Source: Candidatus Poribacteria bacterium
Lineage (GTDB): Bacteria; Poribacteria; WGA-4E; WGA-3G
Length of the DNA stretch: 64,000 bases
NCBI GenBank assembly: GCA_965198235.1
Contig: OZ240248.1
Location: forward strand, 3,616,001 to 3,680,000
Direction of reading: 5' to 3'
Below are positions 57,243 through 64,000 of the stretch, piece after piece. Made by a program: the position numbers and the translations under genes. The notes below the pieces were generated by a model that saw nothing but the letters and a program-made list of their open reading frames with translations, searched no databases and had not been told where the DNA came from. How positions within the stretch are numbered: position 1 is the first letter of the stretch; each line of letters begins with the position of its first letter.

Positions 57243-59183
57243 TTATGTTTCCAAGTGCCGCGGATGCAACCTTCGGACGTTGCCATCTCGGATCGTGAGG
57301 TTCTGACTGTCACAATATTCCAAGAACGGCACCGCATATTTTCGTGAGGTTTGTGCTGTTTCTCGGAATTCGGCAACGGTTATTGTATCATTTTTACGGA
57401 GGTAAGTCGCTAATAATTCTTGTATCTCTTCAAAAACGGTTTTGTGAATAAAGAAATTATCCGCTATTTTGATAAATTGCCCCAGGTTCAAGAGCGCATA
57501 AAACGTGGATTCAAGCAACTGCGGCGTATATTCTGGGAATAACGCGTTGAGTTCGTTGAGAGTGGGCGTATTGATGCCTGCTTCCAAGAATAGTTTTTCA
57601 AGTCTTTCTTTCGCAGTTTCTTCCTCTTGGGAAAACTGGATTTCGTGAGATGCCAACCGGAGCAGATTTCCTTCTTTGGCGAGCTGACCATCGGCAGTGA
57701 GTCGATTTTCGAGTTTCTCAAAACCGATTTCGTCCAATTTGAGTTCTCGGCGCAGTTGCGAAGCATTTTGACCGGCAAGGAGGGGTTCTGCCGAATGGAA
57801 CGCTGTCAACGTTTCTATGATTTTCTCTTTGATGTTTGCCGTCCGTGCTGCATCAGAAACGAGAGGCGACCTACCCGATTTATCCCAGCGTACAATTTTT
57901 CCGTCTGCTTCCAGGCTGTTCAAGATGGCATTCACGTTGGTCTGTGACTGCGGTAGATAGTAATGCAGGAAGGACTCTGGCACGCAAAGGGTTTCGCTGT
58001 TTTCTAATACAGTGTTCACGATCTGTGCATCATCGGCTTCTTCCCATTGTGCTAAAGTGGCGATGGTCTCTGGGGTGAACCGCTTATGCTTGGGGGCAAA
58101 TGGGTTAATAACTTCACCACCGCCTACTGTATATTGCGCTGAAAAATCGCGTAGAATAATTCTGTCGCCTCTGAACGTTAGAATTGGTTGTTCTAAGCGA
58201 AGTTGAACCTGTACGGTATCCCCCGGTAGAATCGCTTCGTCAACGAGTAGAATGAGTCTGCAAAATATTTCGCGGGTGCCGAGATACGCGCGGAGACGGG
58301 TCCAATGTTCAAGTATCCTTGGAAATGAAGACAGCACTTGCATCGACACGTCAATATTGTCGGTCACTTGTGAAAATTCAATTGGACAGAGTACATCGCC
58401 ACGTTGGAGGTCCTGTGCAGAGATGCCGGAAAGGTTCAATGCTGTCCTCTGCCCGGCTTGTGCTACGGATGCCGTTTCATTGTGCACCTGTATCCCTCGG
58501 ACCCGCACAGCATGACCCTGCGGAAGAATCACCATCCGCTGTTCTCGATGAATCGATCCACCGATGAGAGTGCCTGTCACAACAACGCCAAACCCTTGGA
58601 CAGTGAAAACCCTGTCAACATATAGCCGCGGAATACCATCATTTTCCTCGGTTTCCGTCGCGAGTGTTACCTGCTTGACGATGGTTTCCTTCAGCGTTTC
58701 AATACCTGCACCGGTTATCGAGGAAACACTAACAGTTGGGATGCCTTCAAGGTTTGTGCCGATGAGCATCTCCTGCGTCATTTCAGCCGCTTCCGACAAT
58801 TCATCAGCGGTTGCTAAGTCGGATTTTGTCATGACGAGGATACCGTTTGAGATTCCGAGCAGATCCAAGATTGCCAGATGTTCGAGGGTCTGTTCCTGAA
58901 CACCTTCCTTCGCATCGACGACAAAGAGGACTATATCCATGCCGTAAGCACCGGAGAGCATGCTTCGGATGAATTTCTCATGACCTGGAACGTCAACGAT
59001 ACCTGCACGCGAGTTATCTGGGAGGTCGAAGTAGGCGAAGCCTAACTCAATAGACAGACCGCGTTCTTGCTCCTCCTTAAGCCGATCTGTCTCCATGCCG
59101 GTAAGTACGCCCACGAGAGCGGTTTTCCCGTGGTCTACGTGCCCTGCTGTTCCGATGATGAGGTGTCGTCTATCTTGATGCAT
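57243..59183 (-). CDS. selB: Selenocysteine-specific translation elongation factor
   Basis: GTAGHVDHGKT, DRLKEE..RGLSIELGF, DVPGHEKF, C-terminal TSRKYAVPFLEY winged helix. Start placed at ATG 59183. Confidence 0.96.
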   Translation of the reverse strand: MHQDRRHLIIGTAGHVDHGKTALVGVLTGMETDRLKEEQERGLSIELGFAYFDLPDNSRAGIVDVPGHEKFIRSMLSGAYGMDIVLFVVDAKEGVQEQTLEHLAILDLLGISNGILVMTKSDLATADELSEAAEMTQEMLIGTNLEGIPTVSVSSITGAGIETLKETIVKQVTLATETEENDGIPRLYVDRVFTVQGFGVVVTGTLIGGSIHREQRMVILPQGHAVRVRGIQVHNETASVAQAGQRTALNLSGISAQDLQRGDVLCPIEFSQVTDNIDVSMQVLSSFPRILEHWTRLRAYLGTREIFCRLILLVDEAILPGDTVQVQLRLEQPILTFRGDRIILRDFSAQYTVGGGEVINPFAPKHKRFTPETIATLAQWEEADDAQIVNTVLENSETLCVPESFLHYYLPQSQTNVNAILNSLEADGKIVRWDKSGRSPLVSDAARTANIKEKIIETLTAFHSAEPLLAGQNASQLRRELKLDEIGFEKLENRLTADGQLAKEGNLLRLASHEIQFSQEEETAKERLEKLFLEAGINTPTLNELNALFPEYTPQLLESTFYALLNLGQFIKIADNFFIHKTVFEEIQELLATYLRKNDTITVAEFRETAQTSRKYAVPFLEYCDSQNLTIRDGNVRRLHPRHLET

Positions 59184-59328
59184 CAGTGTAGAAAATTGAG
59201 TAGTGGCTTTGAGATATGGTGTAATTACCAAATCATTTCGACTGAAAAGCGGACGAAATCAACACAATTGTTGTCTATCTCGCACAGGATTTTTTAAGGT
59301 TGTCGCCGAGCGATTGAATCGTGTGTTT

Positions 59329-60099
59329 TTAAGGATGGGCATGGATGAGTTTACCGATTCGATTGAAGCGAACGTTTCCTACCATCTTCCACACTTTCCA
59401 TAACTTCGCCGGACGAGCATCAAATGACCAGTACACCATAAATGCTTGTCCTTTGATGTCGTTTACATCCACAGGTCCCCACGAACGGCTATCACTACTC
59501 TGATCGCGATTATCGCCCATCGCGAACACCATGCCTTTGGGAACAGTGAAGGGTTCACCTTCAGGGAACTTACGCTTGAATTGGCTTGTCGTTAAGGCAA
59601 AATCAGAAAAAGCATCGCTCTCTGGCAGATACTCTGGTTGACGGAACGGCGGAAAATCACCTCTTCTGAAATGGCTAAAGGTCATGTGTTTCGTGTAATG
59701 GCCATCATCGACCGCTTCGCCATTTACATAAAGTGTGTCGCCGCTCGTTTCGATTGTATCCCCTTCAACGGCTACGATACGTTTGATGAAATTTCGTTCC
59801 CGATCGTGCGGTGGGATGAAAACGAAAACGTCGCCGCGGGTAGGTTTATGGAAATCAAAAACCTTGATGTCCGTGCCGGGGATTTTAATGCCGTAGATAA
59901 ATTTGCATACCAAAATCCGATCTCCGATGAGTAGCGTGTCTTCCATTGAACCGGAGGGGATTTTGAATGCCTCAACAACAAAAGGACGTATGAATCCGAA
60001 GACGAGAATGAGTGCTACAACAATGACTTGGGTATATTCCCATATGATCGTCTTCCGAAATTTTTGCCATTTGGATAAGTGAATATTGTTGTTATTCAT
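59329..60099 (-). CDS. lepB: Signal peptidase I
   Basis: IPSGSM, FIKR, MGDNRDQSSDSRSWG motifs; follows lepA. Confidence 0.96.
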   Translation of the reverse strand: MNNNNIHLSKWQKFRKTIIWEYTQVIVVALILVFGFIRPFVVEAFKIPSGSMEDTLLIGDRILVCKFIYGIKIPGTDIKVFDFHKPTRGDVFVFIPPHDRERNFIKRIVAVEGDTIETSGDTLYVNGEAVDDGHYTKHMTFSHFRRGDFPPFRQPEYLPESDAFSDFALTTSQFKRKFPEGEPFTVPKGMVFAMGDNRDQSSDSRSWGPVDVNDIKGQAFMVYWSFDARPAKLWKVWKMVGNVRFNRIGKLIHAHP

Positions 60100-60163
60100 A
60101 GTATTGTGATGCCGTCATCGGTGAAAAGACGTTCTCCTTCCTCATTCTGTCTGTTCATTGATT

Positions 60164-61969
60164 TTACTCATCGGTCGCAAGCATTGCGGTAAACGCTTCT
60201 TGCGGGACATCGACGTTGCCGATCTGCTTGAGCCGTTTTTTGCCTTCTTTCTGTCTCTCCAGCAATTTCCGTTTTCGCGTCACATCACCGCCGTAGCATT
60301 TCGCAGTAACGTTTTTTCGGAGGGCTCGCACGCTTTCGCGTGCCACAATCTTGTTGCCGATTGCGGCTTGAACTGGGATCTCAAACATTTGACGTGGAAT
60401 TAATTCTTTTAACTTAGACACTAATGCCTTGCCACGCATTTCTGCATTGTCTTGCGGTAAAATCGTTGAGAGCGCATCTACGGGGTTGCCGTTCAGCAGT
60501 ACATCTAATTTGACGAGTTTTTCAGTTTTGTATTCTCCGATGTCATATTCTAACGAACCGTAACCGCGTGTCAATGATTTAAGTTTCGGATAGAAGTCTA
60601 TTAGCATTTCGCTGAGGGGGAGTTCGTAAAGCAGTTGCACGCGACTTGCGTCCAATTGGTTCATCCGCTTATATATACCCCGCCGCTTCTGACAAAGTTC
60701 CATCGCATTTCCAATATAGTCGCGCGGAACAATAATGTCAATATTGACGGACGGTTCTTCAATTCGTTCGATGTTATTTGGTTCTGGGAGATGTGCTGGA
60801 TTGTCGACCGGCATGTACCCACCGGTTTTCAGGTAGACTCTGTACATCACGCTCGGTGCAGTTCGTATAAGCGCGAGCCCGAATTCCCGTTCGAGGCGTT
60901 CATGGATAATCTCCATGTGAAGCAAGCCGAGAAAACCGCACCGAAACCCGAAGCCGAGGGCAACGGATGTTTCGGGTTCAAAATTGAAGGAAGAATCGTT
61001 GAGGCGTAGTTTATTGAGTGCTTCGCGCAGGGCATGAAACTGATTTGTGTCCGCTGGATAGAGACCGCTGAATACAAGCGGTTTCATCACTCGATAACCC
61101 GGAAGTGGTGTTGCTGTCGGTTTCGTATGGTGTGTAATTGTATCTCCAACTTTCGCTTTGTCGATCTCTCGGATGCCTGCGATAAGGTAGCCAACAGTGC
61201 CAGTACGGAGTTCAGAGGTCGGTTGCATTTCTGGTGTGAAGATGCCTACCTCCTCAACCTCATAAGCGCGTTTCGTCTCCATGAGTTGAATCTTTTCCCC
61301 TGGCTTCACACTCCCGTCGAAGATTCGTGTGTACATGATGACACCGCGATAGTTATTATAGATGGAGTCAAGCACGAGTGCCTTTAAAGAGGCTTCAGGC
61401 TCGCCAACAGGTGCGGGGATTCGGTTGATAATTGCTTCTAATATTGAGGGGATACCGATGCCCATTTTCGCGCTAACGAGGAGTGCATCGTCAGCAGGAA
61501 TACCGATGACTTCTTCTATCTGCCGTCTGGCTTCATCGGGTTGTGCGGTAGGTAAATCAATTTTATTGATAATAGGAATAATCTCAAGGTCACTGTCAAT
61601 CGCCAGATAAGCGTTTGCTAAGGTTTGTGCTTCGACCCCTTGCGCGGCATCAACGATGAGAATGGCACCTTCACACGCAGCGAGGCTACGAGAGACCTCG
61701 TACGTGAAATCGACATGTCCGGGTGTATCAATCAGGTTGAGTTCGTAGCGATTTCCATCGTCGGCAGGGTAGTGTAGTTTGACAGCCGTCGCTTTAATGG
61801 TAATCCCGCGTTCACGCTCTAAATCCATTAAATCAAGCACCTGTTCGCGCATATCACGCTCGGTGAGCGTGTTCGTATGCTCGAGGAGCCGATCGCTCAG
61901 TGTGCTTTTCCCGTGGTCGATGTGTCCTAAAATGCAGAAATTCCGTATGTTCTCAAGATTCGTTGGCAT
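60164..61969 (-). CDS. lepA: Elongation factor 4
   Basis: IRNFC...[33 protein letters not shown] motifs. Confidence 0.98.
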   Translation of the reverse strand: MPTNLENIRNFCILGHIDHGKSTLSDRLLEHTNTLTERDMREQVLDLMDLERERGITIKATAVKLHYPADDGNRYELNLIDTPGHVDFTYEVSRSLAACEGAILIVDAAQGVEAQTLANAYLAIDSDLEIIPIINKIDLPTAQPDEARRQIEEVIGIPADDALLVSAKMGIGIPSILEAIINRIPAPVGEPEASLKALVLDSIYNNYRGVIMYTRIFDGSVKPGEKIQLMETKRAYEVEEVGIFTPEMQPTSELRTGTVGYLIAGIREIDKAKVGDTITHHTKPTATPLPGYRVMKPLVFSGLYPADTNQFHALREALNKLRLNDSSFNFEPETSVALGFGFRCGFLGLLHMEIIHERLEREFGLALIRTAPSVMYRVYLKTGGYMPVDNPAHLPEPNNIERIEEPSVNIDIIVPRDYIGNAMELCQKRRGIYKRMNQLDASRVQLLYELPLSEMLIDFYPKLKSLTRGYGSLEYDIGEYKTEKLVKLDVLLNGNPVDALSTILPQDNAEMRGKALVSKLKELIPRQMFEIPVQAAIGNKIVARESVRALRKNVTAKCYGGDVTRKRKLLERQKEGKKRLKQIGNVDVPQEAFTAMLATDE

Positions 61970-62202
61970 GGTATAGATAGTATATCACAGCTTCTGTCGG
62001 ATTGTCCACAGAATTTCATAAGGTGTCAAAGGCATTAAGTTCTCCGTTTTGTAGCATAAACTGTTAGTTTGGATTCCCATAGCAGCGTCTCAGACATCTT
62101 ACGATGAGAGAGACACCCCGGATGACAACAGTTCTTCAATCCGCGTCATCCGTGATTCAGACGATTTGAAAATTGAATGCCTCTAATAAGGTATAAGTCC
62201 GG

Positions 62203-62733
62203 CTATGCGTCGAGTGCTTGTAGGAACGCTTCAAAAGTGGGAGTGAGTGCCGCGGTCTGTAGCAATTGTGTCAACCGATCGAGATCAAGGATAGCTTCGA
62301 GTGCGTGTTGGACAGGATGCGGGTCGCGCTGCGGGAATCGCGCCGTGAGGACGGCGAGAATGTTAGCGATAGAAGTCTCGCGCGCACCTTGTTCGATGCC
62401 TTGTTCGATGCCTTGTTCGACACCGCGTTCAAAGCCACGTTGCATCACCACTTCGTAAAAAGGAGACTCTTGCATGATTTCCTCCGATATAAATGCCTGA
62501 AACACTTCAGGGTTATCTCGACTCTCGTCGGTTTGTGCCTCTATGTGGAGGATGGCTTCCTCGTTGGGGAGGCGGACTTTAAAGGTCATATCGCTGTGAT
62601 GGACTTTGATTGTGGGTTGCTCGGTGGTGAGTTTCTCCTGAACTTCAACGTCTGAGGTTTTGAGAGCTAAGGCTGCGAATGCATCGGGAAACCGATCCAT
62701 CAGGTGCTTCACAATCTCGTCATAATGTGACAT
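62203..62733 (-). pseudogene. Rpn-like protein with central in-frame deletion; intact internal small ORF 62203-62475
   Basis: N-terminal ILHIEAQT joins almost directly to MQESPFY...GIEQG tail; GGAGG precedes ATG 62475. Confidence 0.6.
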
Positions 62734-62797
62734 GTAAATATTGTACCCCTATTTTGGGCAAAGGTCAACCCTTTCTTTTTCCTCAGGCATCAGGGGG

Positions 62798-63406
62798 TTA
62801 TAAATGCTTGACTTTAATGTTTCTGCACCAGATTTTTCCGCCGTGGTCTTGGATGCCGATATGTCCACTCCGGGGGAAATCTTTGAGTGCAATGCCGAAT
62901 TTGTTTCTACTTCCATCCGGATTTTGGTGTGGCGTGTCCCACTCGTCCAAATCTGCGCGGACAATTTCTTCGCCGTTGAGTGTCACAGCAATGATGCTTC
63001 CATCGCATGTGATGCTCATCTGATTCCATTCACCGGCGGGTTTACAAGTGTTCCGTGTCGGTCCCAGGGCATCGTAGAGTGCACCGCAGTCGTGGCTATC
63101 CGCAGGCTCCTTGCCGTGTGTATCTAAAATCTGTATTTCAAGACCACTCTGAACAGCGTCATCCAGGTCTGCCCATCGGACAAAAATTCCGCTGTTAACT
63201 TTCGGCTCGGTTTTGAAGTCAAGTGCGAGTGTGAAGTTATCGTAATGTTGTTCGGTATAGAGATATTTTCCGCCCTGAACGGTGCAGAGAATACTGCCAT
63301 CATCAATGACCCAACCTTCGGCACTTCCAGTGGCACCCCAACCGGTGAGGGTCTCGCCGTCAAACAGGGATATCCATCCTTCAGCTTTCTCTTTTTCTGT
63401 TAACAT
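62798..63406 (-). CDS. DUF1080 (3-keto-disaccharide hydrolase-like) domain protein
   Basis: GWISLFDG.TL.GW, NSGIF, EIQILD, GEWN, GHIGIQDHG motifs; RBS AAGGAG before ATG 63406. Confidence 0.9.
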   Translation of the reverse strand: MLTEKEKAEGWISLFDGETLTGWGATGSAEGWVIDDGSILCTVQGGKYLYTEQHYDNFTLALDFKTEPKVNSGIFVRWADLDDAVQSGLEIQILDTHGKEPADSHDCGALYDALGPTRNTCKPAGEWNQMSITCDGSIIAVTLNGEEIVRADLDEWDTPHQNPDGSRNKFGIALKDFPRSGHIGIQDHGGKIWCRNIKVKHL

Positions 63407-63460
63407 ATCTGCTCCTTTTATAGATGCGTAGTGTTTCATCCATTTTGAATTTTAGGGTTA

Positions 63461-63531
63461 GTTCGTAGTAGTGCGATTTATCGCACTGCTTCGCAGTGAG
63501 AAAACGGGCAATGAATTGCCCTACTACGAAC
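63461..63531. repeat. REP doublet GTTCGTAGTAG...CTACTACGAAC
   Basis: Two hairpins in inverted orientation; same family as 23928. Confidence 0.75.
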
Positions 63532-63613
63532 GGGATTACCCTCACTTTGACCGGATAGGGTAGTAGGTACTATCTCCGAATACATGGCGCGTGGAGATGA
63601 TGAATCCTGTTAC

Positions 63614-64000
63614 CTAACGCAAACTCTCTAAAAATAGTCTTCCGACATCGACATTATATTCAAAATCTGTAGCCGACCAAGGGCTATTGTAGCCAATGAT
63701 TGGCACATAACTTTCGTGCCGCGACCCGTGTGAACGCACCGCGGTTGGTTCTACTGCAACTTCCAACTCACCGAAAACAGTCGTTTTGTCTGCTAATACA
63801 AAGATGTCCCCGATCCGTTCACGATGGAGTCGAAATGTACACGCCGCATCTTCCGCAGAATATGCCTCTTCAATACCGGGCGTATTCAGAAGTACCTGGA
63901 TCGCTTGCGGTATATCAGCGAGATCCTTGAGGAACACATAAGCGGCACCGCCTAAATTGCCGTGATGCGCGACGTACCTATCCTTAATAATCGGGATAGC
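63614..64000 (-). CDS. Alkaline phosphatase superfamily protein, phosphonoacetate hydrolase-like (3' part only)
   Basis: RIGDIFVLAD...RSHGS..E..VP...N.D C-terminal pattern; gene runs off the window end. Confidence 0.6.
   Translation of the reverse strand, partial: AIPIIKDRYVAHHGNLGGAAYVFLKDLADIPQAIQVLLNTPGIEEAYSAEDAACTFRLHRERIGDIFVLADKTTVFGELEVAVEPTAVRSHGSRHESYVPIIGYNSPWSATDFEYNVDVGRLFLESLR

Overview
Bacterial chromosomal window, about 50% GC, mostly minus-strand genes. The gene content suggests Candidatus Poribacteria or a related lineage (inference from the recurring C-terminal P-V-x-P-x-x-K/R-L-x-T-x-W-A/G-x-x-K motif, sulfatase/FGE/CRTAC/TPR genes and ankyrin proteins). Housekeeping genes: lepA, lepB, selB with tRNA-Sec, lipA, dapB, a dapL-type aminotransferase and moaB. 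Other genes include a PQQ dehydrogenase/XoxJ-like/cytochrome c cluster with the lanthanide-type D-x-D motif, a GHMP kinase-nucleotidyltransferase fusion, a beta-propeller PP2C sensor, a MazF-type toxin-antitoxin pair and two Rpn-family genes with internal ribosome-binding sites. Most notable: (1) a two-gene operon pairing a PspA/Vipp1 (ESCRT-III-like) protein with a classic-clade AAA+ ATPase; (2) three paralogous secreted HExxH metalloprotease-ankyrin proteins with swapped C-terminal modules; (3) a shared C-terminal putative sorting motif on unrelated exported proteins; (4) a nested set of small mobile elements in which several unrelated MITE shells with exact target-site duplications carry different REP-hairpin cargoes, plus a collapsed REP-associated tyrosine transposase locus. 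No CRISPR array, rRNA or intact transposase was seen. All calls come from reading motifs by eye; no database searches were run.
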